Below are positions 1 through 8,917 of a DNA stretch of 28,353 nucleotides, piece by piece. The stretch lies in IMG/VR virus record IMGVR_UViG_648276669_000001, one strand, 5' to 3'. Source of the stretch: a virus (lineage: Duplodnaviria > Heunggongvirae > Uroviricota > Caudoviricetes). Position 1 is the first letter of the stretch. Every line of letters starts with the position of its first letter. Below the pieces are notes generated by a model. It saw nothing but the letters and a program-made list of their open reading frames with translations, did not search any database and was not told where the DNA came from. The translations under genes were made by a program, and so were the position numbers.

Positions 1-299
1 CAAAGTAACCCGGGGCCGATTGCCATTTTGGTATGCGGCCAAAGTTGTTTAATCGCGTGCCCTAACAGGTGCGCACAGGAGTGACGAATGATCTCCAGAC
101 CTTCTTCGTCTTTGGCGGTAATGATCGACAGTTGTGCGTCGTTTTCAATCAGATCGCAAGCATCAACCAGTTCACCATTAACGCGCCCTGCAATACAGGC
201 TTTCGCCAGACCTGGACCAATGTCCAGCGCAACATCCATGGGGCTTACAGCGTGGTCGTAATGGCGTTGGCTGCCATCAGGAAGAGTTATAACAGGCAT
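1..299 (-). CDS. thrS: Threonyl-tRNA synthetase, N-terminal part (gene continues beyond window start)
   Basis: Minus-strand translation from ATG at 299 reads [96 protein letters not shown], recognised from memory as the ThrRS N-terminal domain; AAGGA RBS about 9 nt upstream. The last few codons at the window edge differ from what I recall for E. coli. Confidence 0.85.
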
Positions 300-470
300 T
301 TTATATCCTTATTTGCAGTGGTGACCCACACGAAAGATCACATACAAAGAGAAAACTTGTTTATTTACAGTTGATTACGATACCATCTAGCCAACAATCG
401 CTAAATTGGTACACAATCTGGTACACAGATGAAAAACTGACACAGCAAGTTTTTCATCCATTAAAATCAT
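300..470 (-). promoter_or_regulatory. Probable thrS 5' leader/operator region (translational autoregulation site in E. coli)
   Basis: Position immediately upstream of the thrS start; E. coli thrS is known to have a roughly 160 nt structured leader bound by ThrRS. Sequence not matched base by base from memory. Confidence 0.35.
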
Positions 471-545
471 GGTAACACCAAAAAAGTAGTGATTGCACCA
501 TTCTATTTGACAGTGTCCAAAATTGCCTTACTTCGATGAGGCATG

Positions 546-595
546 CCCCCCCATCTGGTATGTTTTAGTTGATATTGTGATTATACTGCCCCCCC
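546..595. repeat. Two homopolymeric C7 tracts (546-552 and 589-595) flanking a TATACT -10-like hexamer (582-587), upstream of the acetyltransferase ORF
   Basis: Seen directly: gcatgCCCCCCCatctgg and tatactgCCCCCCCaatcat. Confidence 0.9.
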
Positions 596-647
596 AATCA
601 TCCGTGTTGCATTACCTCGCCAGATAATGTAAATTTGAAATTTTCAT

Positions 648-1382
648 TTGCATTTTTTACTTATTGATAATATGAAAATTAGAAAAGTTGTTTTAACAAA
701 AGCAGAGAAGTATTCTGATGAAATGGGTAATGAGATCCAGTACGAAGGTAGTTGTGACGTCAAACTAATTCAGTTTAGAGGATCTAATAATAAACTTATC
801 ATTCATAAAGATGCATCATTAAAATATTTTGAGATATATTTTGACTGCAACAATGGGTATTTTGAAATTGGCCCATGCCATATCGCAAACAAAGGTATAC
901 AAGCCCATATAAGAGTGGGTGAGAATTCCTCCATAAAAATAGGCTCTGATTTCACTTGCACTGGTAAAGGTATGATTTCTGCTGTAGAAAACTCAAGCAT
1001 AATTATTGGCGATGACTGCATGTTTTCAAGTGGAAATGAAGTTAAAACTGATGACTCCCACCCTATTTTTAGTGTAGTAACAGGTGAACGTATAAATATG
1101 CCAAAATCTATTTATATTGGAAGTCATGTCTGGGTTGGCCGCCGAGCGGCAATACTTGGTGGTGCAGAAATCGAAAGTGGTAGTGTTATTGGCTATGCAG
1201 CTGTTGTTAAAGGACACGTCCCAAATAACTCTATTGCAGCAGGAGTTCCAGCAAGAGTAATAAAAAAAGACATTGCCTGGGAAAGACCTCATCTCTCCAT
1301 ACATAAACCTTATGTAAAGCCTAATAAGGACTCCATAAAAACCACAAGTGAATATTGGAACCTAACAAAAGAAAAACAATAA
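648..1382 (+). CDS. Hexapeptide-repeat (left-handed beta-helix) acyl/acetyltransferase, AT-rich cargo gene; alternative start at ATG 672
   Basis: Translation shows repeated [LIV]-G-x-x-x-x hexapeptide motifs (IGSHVWVGRRAAILGGAEIESGSVIGYAAVVKGHVPNNSIAAGVPARVI) typical of LacA/NeuO/WbbJ-type O-acetyltransferases; base composition markedly AT-rich relative to the phage structural genes. Confidence 0.8.
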   Translation: MHFLLIDNMKIRKVVLTKAEKYSDEMGNEIQYEGSCDVKLIQFRGSNNKLIIHKDASLKYFEIYFDCNNGYFEIGPCHIANKGIQAHIRVGENSSIKIGSDFTCTGKGMISAVENSSIIIGDDCMFSSGNEVKTDDSHPIFSVVTGERINMPKSIYIGSHVWVGRRAAILGGAEIESGSVIGYAAVVKGHVPNNSIAAGVPARVIKKDIAWERPHLSIHKPYVKPNKDSIKTTSEYWNLTKEKQ

Positions 1383-1419
1383 AAACACACCATATATTGA
1401 ACGACAAGTAAATCACATG

Positions 1420-1452
1420 TCACTCCTAGAATGCGATATCTTTAAGGAGTGA
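1420..1452. terminator. Inverted repeat (tcactcct / aggagtga, 8 bp stem, 17 nt loop) between convergent acetyltransferase and tailspike genes; possible bidirectional terminator
   Basis: Seen in sequence; flanking T-runs are weak. Confidence 0.3.
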
Positions 1453-1537
1453 CATTTATCTATAACAAATTACTAAAACACCCAAAAAACATAGACTTCA
1501 ATTGGTAATATTGAGACTTAAGGTGTCAGTAAAATAG

Positions 1538-4279
1538 TTAATTTGCAAGCTTATTTTCCAGTTCTTCAATCCTCTTTATAATATTTTTCTGACGTATACC
1601 TAATGCAGCAATCATTAGATACTGTAATTCATCATTTCTGAATGCATAGCGTTCTCCTGCTTCATGCGTAATAGTTATAGCCTCACGAACAAGGTTACCT
1701 TCATCATCATAAACAGCTGGATCTGTATCTGTATATGCATCCCATCTGTCATAGCAGATCGCTCCGTATTTAAATGGATCAAGTCCATTCTCTCTGAATA
1801 TTTCCATTGCCCGTTGCACCGTAAGTCCGGCATGAAGTCTGGCATCAGCTCCCTTATTTTTTACACTATCAAGCCATTGATAAAAACCAATTTCATCAAC
1901 AAGAGCTAACCCAACCGCCTGCTCTTTATCGGAAAGAGTTCTGACTTCCGTTTTCTCTGTTGCATCAGATGTATTTATAGTTGCAGTCCCTGCGTAGACC
2001 TGAGAAAAGCGGTTAACGGACCTTCCAAGTGATACCTGGTTATCAGTTGTTGGCCTTAATGTCGTCGTCGCCCATGTCGATGTAGTATCTTTAGTCGCAG
2101 AAAATACTGTTACATTCCCCTGCTTAAGTCTGACGACACCTCCATCTGTAGAGGCAAGTATCAACTCACCAGCCGCAGATGGACAATCAGCAGCATGGAT
2201 ATCAATATAAGCACCACCCGCAGTATTCCCATCTTTAGAACGGAACTGCATACCTCGAAAGTTTGAGTCGAATACTGCTTTCGTACTTACCCATGAATTA
2301 TTGTCATGTCCGTAATCTGTATCAAACAGGTTAAGGTTATTTCCATAATTCAACTCGAGGGATTTGGTATACTCTCCAATGGCTTCGTCAAATATCGCAA
2401 TAGTAAATGAACCGTGCTCACGGTTAAAGGCGATATCAGTTCCAGCATAATATTGATGCGCGGTTCCGGTATACGGATCGGATTCTGCACCATGCACTGG
2501 ATGGTTGCCAAGAATATCAGACAGGTTTGCTATTCCAAACAGATGCTTATTTCTGCGAGTATAATCACCTGATTTATATGTTGCGCCTGAATCCCATTCA
2601 CCACTTGTCGCTGCAAGCGATGTTTTTAACCAATAAGACCTGTTTGTCGGAAGATTTCCCTTGTTATCACCAGTAACAATACTTACCCAATTTTTACCAC
2701 GATGGCTTACAACATCCCCTGCGCTTTTCCATACATCCATAGCACCACAGACAAGTTCATCACCTCTTATTGCCAGCCCTTCAGGCTCAAAGCTAACCGG
2801 AACTCCGATTTTAGAGTCAGAACCATTTAACTGAGTCTCTGTATAAAGTGATGCGGCAAGTGATACAGGAAATGAACGTATTAGCGTACCACCCATATCA
2901 TAAATCTGTACTGTCCTTACGCATCTTGCAGGAACGCCACCCCAAATTGTGTAAATATATCTGCTATCTGATGTAATACCCTGAAGTGTTGCACCATACT
3001 GACCTTTACCACGGACAAGTGGAACAGGACCATTAATCGGTCTAACTTTCATTGGGTTAGAAGAAGATTCCACTTCTTTGCGATCATATACGTATAAAAA
3101 GCGGCCAGTCCCAGCGTTTGATGTCGCAATTAATATGACATATCGCCCATCATTAGATACACAAATACTTGCCCGCTGCGCAAGGTTAATCAGATTATTA
3201 TCACCCGGCTCACCAAATACTCGGTAATGAGTTATATCTTCAGCAGATGTTGATGCCCCTTTCCATTTTGTCTTTGAATACCCCTTCCCTCCTAGAGAGG
3301 AACCAGTCTCAGCAATTGTTGTTGTAAACAGATATAGTTCACCGTTCTCTATTGTGGCAGAAAGATCTGAACCGTGACCAAGAGGCAATGGCTCTGTAAA
3401 TGTCACAACATAAAGAGTTGAACCATCGCTTGTATAGTGCCACTCACTGATCCTTGTGAGGGTGTCCGTTCCCCAGTTAGAACCTCCAACCTGTTGAGTG
3501 ATAAAAACCTTCTCAATACCTTCATGCCTTACACAAGCTATTCCCTGCAATGCATTTTGTGCATTCGCATATATAGTTGGCGCATTGATATCATCACCAA
3601 AATTCAGGGTCGCAAGTTTTCTTTGTCCAATGGAGAAACTTTGCATCGGCGGATTAACAGAAATGCGAACACCATTACTGATTAGAACACCATCACCGGA
3701 GAAGCGTGAAATATCTATTTTCGATGCATCAACTATAAACTCACCAGAAGGCACATGAACCAAACCACTATTTCCTGCGCTAGATGCGGCGTCAAGAAAA
3801 GCCTGTGTTGAATCTCTATTCGCAGAGTCATCCGCCCCCCACCCGCGAACGTCTTTATCATCCCGCCATCGTGCAATCTGTAATTCAGGGTATTTTTTAG
3901 CACCATCAGGATCTTCTAATTGCTGCCGTAACTGATCCGGGTCATACTTCAGCACATTCGGAAAATAGAACTGCTGCGTACCATAAGCATCGTACACAGC
4001 CATAGAGTGTCCTTTCACAGTAACGAATTTGGCAATCTGTCCGTTATATACAGGATATCCAGCAGCATTGATAACGATTGGTTGCGAAACAGGAACGTGA
4101 GAACCTTCTTCATTCTCTACATAAACCTGAATCTGGTTTTCAGGATTTACAGGGTCAGTGTCAATTTTACCGATATAAATTTTGCCATTAGCTACGGCTT
4201 TAAAAGAACGAGCCATAGTGAAGAGTTGCGAAGGCATCCCAATTACAACATTTGGAGTTATATCAGGCATATTAGTCAT
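1538..4279 (-). CDS. Tailspike protein: P22 gp9-type N-terminal head-binding domain fused to a non-P22 receptor-binding/enzymatic domain and a C-terminal intramolecular-chaperone-like domain
   Basis: Residues [62 protein letters not shown]...[31 protein letters not shown] match the P22 tailspike head-binding domain from memory. The rest is unrelated to the P22 endorhamnosidase; the C-terminus ([36 protein letters not shown]...) resembles the autoproteolytic chaperone domain of endosialidase/tail-fibre proteins. Start set at the internal ATG (4279) because the 48-codon upstream extension is AT-rich and has no counterpart in P22 gp9. Confidence 0.85.
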   Translation of the reverse strand: MTNMPDITPNVVIGMPSQLFTMARSFKAVANGKIYIGKIDTDPVNPENQIQVYVENEEGSHVPVSQPIVINAAGYPVYNGQIAKFVTVKGHSMAVYDAYGTQQFYFPNVLKYDPDQLRQQLEDPDGAKKYPELQIARWRDDKDVRGWGADDSANRDSTQAFLDAASSAGNSGLVHVPSGEFIVDASKIDISRFSGDGVLISNGVRISVNPPMQSFSIGQRKLATLNFGDDINAPTIYANAQNALQGIACVRHEGIEKVFITQQVGGSNWGTDTLTRISEWHYTSDGSTLYVVTFTEPLPLGHGSDLSATIENGELYLFTTTIAETGSSLGGKGYSKTKWKGASTSAEDITHYRVFGEPGDNNLINLAQRASICVSNDGRYVILIATSNAGTGRFLYVYDRKEVESSSNPMKVRPINGPVPLVRGKGQYGATLQGITSDSRYIYTIWGGVPARCVRTVQIYDMGGTLIRSFPVSLAASLYTETQLNGSDSKIGVPVSFEPEGLAIRGDELVCGAMDVWKSAGDVVSHRGKNWVSIVTGDNKGNLPTNRSYWLKTSLAATSGEWDSGATYKSGDYTRRNKHLFGIANLSDILGNHPVHGAESDPYTGTAHQYYAGTDIAFNREHGSFTIAIFDEAIGEYTKSLELNYGNNLNLFDTDYGHDNNSWVSTKAVFDSNFRGMQFRSKDGNTAGGAYIDIHAADCPSAAGELILASTDGGVVRLKQGNVTVFSATKDTTSTWATTTLRPTTDNQVSLGRSVNRFSQVYAGTATINTSDATEKTEVRTLSDKEQAVGLALVDEIGFYQWLDSVKNKGADARLHAGLTVQRAMEIFRENGLDPFKYGAICYDRWDAYTDTDPAVYDDEGNLVREAITITHEAGERYAFRNDELQYLMIAALGIRQKNIIKRIEELENKLAN

Positions 4280-4604
4280 CCTGTTTGAAAATTTAGATAT
4301 TGAAGAAAACGGAATGACTGCAGACAAAGATGCAATTGTTTTGAAAAATAATCTTCTATTCACTTTAAAACTATGCAACATGAACAAAACAATTATTTTA
4401 CAACAAACAAGAATCTTGATCAACAGACATATGCTTTATGCGTTTAATGCGTCATTTAAAAATAACAAGTACTACTTTTATTCCTATCGTCCATGATTTT
4501 CATTTTCAAATATTATTAAATAACAATTCCTATTTATAATATCTGTCATTTAATTTGCTCCAGATACAAGGAATCGCCGCAGCATGGCTACGGTGAATTT
4601 TGGG

Positions 4605-4631
4605 CATAAAAAACCCAGCCGAAGCTGGGTC
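4605..4631 (-). terminator. Rho-independent terminator downstream of ant (hairpin ACCCAGC-TTCG-GCTGGGT followed by a T-run on the minus strand)
   Basis: Seen in sequence: aaaaaacccagccgaagctgggt on the plus strand. Confidence 0.7.
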
Positions 4632-4648
4632 GTTGCGTTGGTTATCTG

Positions 4649-5551
4649 TCAGTAGTTATGTACTGAAGGAGGCAATTCTTTATTCTTAAGTCTCATCCAT
4701 GCGGAAAGATTCGTTGGTCCGTCTGGCTCATTGATATCAACATCTCGTGTGTGATTGATTAAAACGTCTCTCGCCATTCCGATAACATACGAGAATTCAT
4801 GACCGTAGTCGTAGCATCTGCCGGAATAGTTCGATTGAATTTGTTTTAGCGCCGGATACAGTTCGCGGAATAATGCCTGTGAACGGTTGGCATAATCCCA
4901 TAACCATACAAGGCTGTTTGCTTCTTTTGCAGAAAGCTCGTTTGCTTTCTTCTCTTGTTTGCCAATAAACTCGCCTTCAAGCACTACCCTGTGGATGTAC
5001 TCTACTGCTTGCGGTATCTGAGATGCATCAAGCTCTTCAATACTTTCCACGTTGAAACGCTGATGAATCATTGCATAAGCTTCTGGGTACATTAGATGCT
5101 TTTTGCTGACTAGCATATTTACAGCATCACGAAGCGGAGTCCTGTCATCAACAGATGTTTTCTTACGTGCATTTTCTTCCTTTCCCTTCGTCCAGTAGTC
5201 ATGCAGCACGCTAAAGCATTCCTCCTGGTACTGAATCAGTTTATCACGGATGTCAGCACGAACTTTCTCAGGGTTGATGCTGAACAGCCATCCATTTAAC
5301 TTCTTCAAAGGAAGGCAGAGTAGCTTACGAAGCTTCCCATCAGCGGCAACCATGTTCATATGAACACAGTTGAATTTGCTAATCTGCTTCATGAGTTTTG
5401 TTTGCTGCGTTGACCAGCTCATTCCAAGGTTTTCAACGATTGGCTTCATCGCAACATATGCAACTCCGGCAGCCATGGCGGTGATAATTTGCTGACCGTT
5501 GAATGGTACGTAAGAGGTGTTCACTGCTTCTAAAATTGCTATACTATTCAT
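4649..5551 (-). CDS. ant: Antirepressor Ant (P22 immI)
   Basis: Translation from ATG 5551 ([21 protein letters not shown]...) recognised as P22-type antirepressor; GGAG RBS about 10 nt upstream; lies directly downstream of arc as in P22. Confidence 0.9.
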   Translation of the reverse strand: MNSIAILEAVNTSYVPFNGQQIITAMAAGVAYVAMKPIVENLGMSWSTQQTKLMKQISKFNCVHMNMVAADGKLRKLLCLPLKKLNGWLFSINPEKVRADIRDKLIQYQEECFSVLHDYWTKGKEENARKKTSVDDRTPLRDAVNMLVSKKHLMYPEAYAMIHQRFNVESIEELDASQIPQAVEYIHRVVLEGEFIGKQEKKANELSAKEANSLVWLWDYANRSQALFRELYPALKQIQSNYSGRCYDYGHEFSYVIGMARDVLINHTRDVDINEPDGPTNLSAWMRLKNKELPPSVHNY

Positions 5552-5620
5552 GTTGGTTTTTCTCCACGGATTTACTGACAACCGAAGCCCTGACTGTTCC
5601 CGCAGTTGGGGCTTCAACTT
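5552..5620 (+). ncRNA. sar: Candidate sar antisense RNA (about 68 nt, antisense to the arc-ant intercistronic region and ant RBS)
   Basis: P22 is known to make a 68-69 nt antisense RNA here. Sequence shows a plus-strand promoter-like pair TGTTCA(5517-5522)-17 bp-TATACT(5540-5545) and a hairpin GAAGCCC...GGGGCTTC near 5580-5615. Confidence 0.45.
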
Positions 5621-5781
5621 TACGCGCCAATGCGCCCTTCCTTCTTAAAGCTTTCCATTACTCTCTGATAAATCTCAGAGTTAACAGACCGACCATTCTC
5701 TTCCGCCACCTTGCGGACCAAATCCAATACTTCTTTAGGCCACCGCAAATTGAACTGCGGCATCTTGCTCATTCCTTTCAT
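5620..5781 (-). CDS. arc: Arc repressor (53 aa, ribbon-helix-helix)
   Basis: Translation [53 protein letters not shown] is essentially the P22 Arc sequence as I recall it. Confidence 0.95.
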   Translation of the reverse strand: MKGMSKMPQFNLRWPKEVLDLVRKVAEENGRSVNSEIYQRVMESFKKEGRIGA

Positions 5782-5794
5782 ATTCACCTCACAA

Positions 5795-5816
5795 TATAGG
5801 TCCACCGTGGACCTAT
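5795..5816. promoter_or_regulatory. Mnt operator (Omnt), palindrome TATAGGTCCACCGTGGACCTAT, within the Pant region
   Basis: Perfect palindrome seen in sequence; matches the known P22 Mnt operator. Confidence 0.8.
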
Positions 5817-5823
5817 TGAGAAT

Positions 5824-5844
5824 ATAGTAGAGTGCTTCTATCAT
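5824..5844. promoter_or_regulatory. Arc operator (Oarc), ATAGTAGAGTGCTTCTATCAT, between Pant and Pmnt
   Basis: Matches the known 21 bp P22 arc operator (ATGATAGAAGCACTCTACTAT on the other strand). Confidence 0.8.
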
Positions 5845-5871
5845 GTCAATACACTAACTTGGAGTGATGGC

Positions 5872-6144
5872 ATGGCTAGAGATGATCCGCACTTTAACTT
5901 CCGTATGCCTATGGAAGTAAGGGAGAAATTAAAATTCAGGGCGGAGGCGAATGGGAGATCAATGAACTCCGAGTTGTTACAAATCGTCCAAGATGCTCTA
6001 TCAAAACCATCGCCTGTGACTGGATATCGCGACGATGCAGAACGACTCGCTGATGAGCAGTCAGAGCTTGTTAAGAAGATGGTGTTTGATACGCTGAAGG
6101 ATTTGTACAAAAAAACCCACCTGAAGGTGGGTCCTATTTATTAG
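5872..6144 (+). CDS. mnt: Mnt repressor (maintenance of lysogeny), with a C-terminal tail that differs from the P22 ending I recall
   Basis: Translation MARDDPHFNFRMPMEVREKLKFRAEANGRSMNSELLQIVQDALSKPSPVTGYRDDAERLADEQSELVKKMVFDTLKDLYKK... matches P22 Mnt from memory; GGAG RBS at 5861-5864. Confidence 0.95.
   Translation: MARDDPHFNFRMPMEVREKLKFRAEANGRSMNSELLQIVQDALSKPSPVTGYRDDAERLADEQSELVKKMVFDTLKDLYKKTHLKVGPIY
6108..6133 (-). terminator. Rho-independent terminator for the minus-strand lipoprotein gene (hairpin ACCCACC-TGAA-GGTGGGT plus T-run); overlaps the 3' coding end of mnt
   Basis: Seen in sequence: aaaaaacccacctgaaggtgggt. Confidence 0.6.
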
Positions 6145-6560
6145 TCTTGCTTTGTTGATGGTATAAGAGATGCGTTTGCCTCTTTTGGCTTCAAGGTATA
6201 CATCCCACCATTAAAAGGATCTACAGCAAGCCAACCAATTAACCCACCAAACACAAGGTTTCCACCAATATACCAGCCATTAGCATTGGCTTTGATTGGC
6301 AGGGTAACTGGTTCGTACCCATCCTTTTCCATAGTGATCTGGTAGCTCTTTTTGCCAAAATAACTACCATCTGACTTGGCAAGAGTTACTCCTTGTGGGG
6401 TCTTACCTTGCGCAACAATCACGCCTGATTCGTCTTTTACCTTAAAGCTCGCACCGGAAGGATTGCTGTTCACTTGCACAAGCTGCGTTTCGTCACCAAC
6501 AATAGTTGCGCACCCAGATAACAATATAGCGCCAGCAACGACGCCAATAATCCTCTTCAT
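6141..6560 (-). CDS. Putative lipoprotein (signal peptide with lipobox LLSGC); moron in the sieA-equivalent position
   Basis: Translation from ATG 6560: MKRIIGVVAGAILLSGCATIVGDETQ...; Gly-rich C-terminal motif GGNLVFGGLIGWLAVDPFNGG. No homolog confidently recognised. Confidence 0.7.
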   Translation of the reverse strand: MKRIIGVVAGAILLSGCATIVGDETQLVQVNSNPSGASFKVKDESGVIVAQGKTPQGVTLAKSDGSYFGKKSYQITMEKDGYEPVTLPIKANANGWYIGGNLVFGGLIGWLAVDPFNGGMYTLKPKEANASLIPSTKQD

Positions 6561-6676
6561 ATCAATTTCCATATTTAAAAAACCGGAAACATCCTAATGA
6601 CAAACCATTCAAATGTGAAGTAGGCAAAAGATGTTTACTTTTTCATGGTATCCTGCTCAAAACTAAGGAGGTTGGC

Positions 6677-7066
6677 GTGAAGCAATTTCTTACTGCTATG
6701 TTCTTATTCATATCTTTTGGGGCTACAGCAGAGTGCTGGGTCGTTGGAGATATGCGCGGAATAAGCTATTCAGAACGAAATAATTTCCACCCGGAAGAAG
6801 ATGGTTTTAGTGGAACATTCATCATTAAGACAAACGGTGAAGATGCCAGCATCACATATTCTGGGACAGATGCGGGCGGCATGGCTTACAAAGCATTGTC
6901 TAAAAACTCCATCATAGGAATCGGCGCGAATGGCGAAACTCAACGCGTTATCGACTCATGGGTAATACATCCTACTGGAACAGTTTTAATGTCAAAAACC
7001 ATTTCCGGTTATGGAAATATGGATTCAACCAAAGCTTTTGTTGGAAAAGTAAAAAGAAAATGTTAG
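6677..7066 (+). CDS. Small exported protein of unknown function (N-terminal signal peptide, GTG start)
   Basis: Strong RBS AAGGAGG 6 nt upstream of GTG; N-terminus MKQFLTAMFLFISFGATAEC looks like a Sec signal peptide; divergent from the lipoprotein gene. Confidence 0.65.
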   Translation: MKQFLTAMFLFISFGATAECWVVGDMRGISYSERNNFHPEEDGFSGTFIIKTNGEDASITYSGTDAGGMAYKALSKNSIIGIGANGETQRVIDSWVIHPTGTVLMSKTISGYGNMDSTKAFVGKVKRKC

Positions 7067-7090
7067 CGATTGAATCCAATTTCCCATACG

Positions 7091-8917
7091 TTACTGCTGT
7101 GTTGCCTCAGTAGCAAACAGCGGTCTGATGGCATTCGCAGCGTTATTTATCGCTCTTTCATAGGCTGGTGTTCCTGCTTTGGTGTTTGCCAAACGAAGAA
7201 GCATATTTCTTGCTGCTTTGGACTCATACAAGCGCATCATTGCACCAAAACCAGCCTCAAGCCCCATTGATACGCCAAGGGTCGCAGTTGCGCCAATCGT
7301 CCTTATCCTGTTGGCTTGCGATTGCCCCGTCTGAGTTACTACATTTGCGGTGTCTGACCTTGCTGTTTGCTGTAGAACTTCATGAAGAGCATCAAGCTCT
7401 TTCATGTGCTTTCCAGAAAAAATAGTGTTGTAAATTTCACCGCCTGACTGAGATTTCAGCTTATTAACTTCAGTGATGAACTTGGCTGGAGAGTCCCCGG
7501 CCTTTTCCGCTATTTTGCTGACGTAAGCTGCACGCATAGCATCTTTCCCCTTATCATCCAGTGCGCTCCAGATTCGTTTCACGTCAGATGGTTTTCTGCT
7601 TAATACAACGGTATTTATAAGTTCAGGACTGGCTTCGCTGCTTGCCTTGTTGAGCTTGTTGGCAATGTTTTTATTAAGCACCTTATTATAAACGTTTGCA
7701 TAATCGGAATTTGCTTTAAGGTATTTTGCTGCGTCTGATGCACCGAGGTTTTTAGCAACTGCGTTACGAAGGTCTTTTGACATTGCATTCTCTACCATAT
7801 TGGTAGCTGCTTTTGCCTGGTTGGGGAAGACCATAGCATCTCCCTGAACATTAGATCTAAATGCTGTTCTGTGCTGACGCAAGAGATCAAACGTAACATC
7901 CAAATCAGTTGCAGGGTTTGCTAATTCTTCACGTAGGTTACGCAAGGATGTAAGCAGGCTTTGATTGGCAGACGTCCCAAGCCGTTCCTGTCTTGCGATC
8001 GCTGTATTCAGAGCATTCATGGTATTTGTGGTATCAACTGCGGCATTACCCATTTTATTGGTGACGTCATTGATAACAGCGCCAGCGGCATCCTTCCGCC
8101 CCCTTAACGTGGTGGTAAGAGATTTCACCACATCATCAGGGTTGTACTCACCAAAACGGTCAAAATAATTGCTTACCAGCTTACTACGCGTTGCATATTG
8201 CTCCGCTCGCTTTGAGCCTGTCCCGAGCAAAGCCCCCTCAGCATCCTGAGTAAGTCCGCGAGTGAAAGCATTTTTCGGCGGGATAACATCAGATGTCATT
8301 GGTGTCACGCCCATCGATTCTGATGTGGCAATTTTCTTCGCCACTTCTGGCGCAATATCACCTTTTATAGCCGTTATTCCACGCCCTATTCCCTTTGCTG
8401 CTGCGGAAAGAACACCCTGAGCGGCAAGGTTAACTCCGGCATTTTTAGCTGCATTTTGTGCGAAATCACCTTTCTGATTTGCGGCCTCTGCCAGTGATCC
8501 AATAGCCATACTTCCTGCCGTTCCAACTCCTGGAACTAAATACCCGCCAATTGTTTCTCCAGCTTGAGCGTAGGAGTCTGTCGGTCTGTCTACTGGACGA
8601 TAGACATCATCCAATACTTTTGGCCCACCAAGCCCCTGACTGATTGCATTAATCAGACTTGCGCCACCCTGCAATACGTCAAATGGTATGTTTACCAGAC
8701 CACGACCAGCCTGTTCTGCAATTTGCCCTGCACTTTGACCACCAGTGAGCCAGTCAGTAGCTTTTCCTACCAGAGATTGTTCTTCTGGCTGCGATTGGTT
8801 TTGGGTGGATTGATCACCAGAAGACAGCATCTGAGCAATGCGACGTGCTCCCTCAGTATCACCAGCAGCATCAGCATTCCTTAACGCCGTCATCAATTGT
8901 TCACGACTATAAGCCAT
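7091..8917 (-). CDS. Ejection (injection) protein, P22 gp16 homolog
   Basis: 608 aa ORF in the P22 gene 16 position and size, Ala/Gly-rich; stop overlaps the upstream gene. Confidence 0.85.
   Translation of the reverse strand: MAYSREQLMTALRNADAAGDTEGARRIAQMLSSGDQSTQNQSQPEEQSLVGKATDWLTGGQSAGQIAEQAGRGLVNIPFDVLQGGASLINAISQGLGGPKVLDDVYRPVDRPTDSYAQAGETIGGYLVPGVGTAGSMAIGSLAEAANQKGDFAQNAAKNAGVNLAAQGVLSAAAKGIGRGITAIKGDIAPEVAKKIATSESMGVTPMTSDVIPPKNAFTRGLTQDAEGALLGTGSKRAEQYATRSKLVSNYFDRFGEYNPDDVVKSLTTTLRGRKDAAGAVINDVTNKMGNAAVDTTNTMNALNTAIARQERLGTSANQSLLTSLRNLREELANPATDLDVTFDLLRQHRTAFRSNVQGDAMVFPNQAKAATNMVENAMSKDLRNAVAKNLGASDAAKYLKANSDYANVYNKVLNKNIANKLNKASSEASPELINTVVLSRKPSDVKRIWSALDDKGKDAMRAAYVSKIAEKAGDSPAKFITEVNKLKSQSGGEIYNTIFSGKHMKELDALHEVLQQTARSDTANVVTQTGQSQANRIRTIGATATLGVSMGLEAGFGAMMRLYESKAARNMLLRLANTKAGTPAYERAINNAANAIRPLFATEATQQ

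Noticed and set aside
648-760. NeuO-type heptanucleotide (AAGACTC) phase-variation repeats at the 5' end of the acetyltransferase
   Set aside because: Looked for them because of the NeuO analogy; no such tandem repeats are present in or upstream of the ORF.
4280-4423. N-terminal 48-codon extension of the tailspike ORF (MIKILVCC...)
   Set aside because: AT-rich, hydrophobic and low-complexity, with no counterpart in P22 gp9, whose N-terminus aligns with the internal Met at 4279; most likely non-coding upstream sequence.
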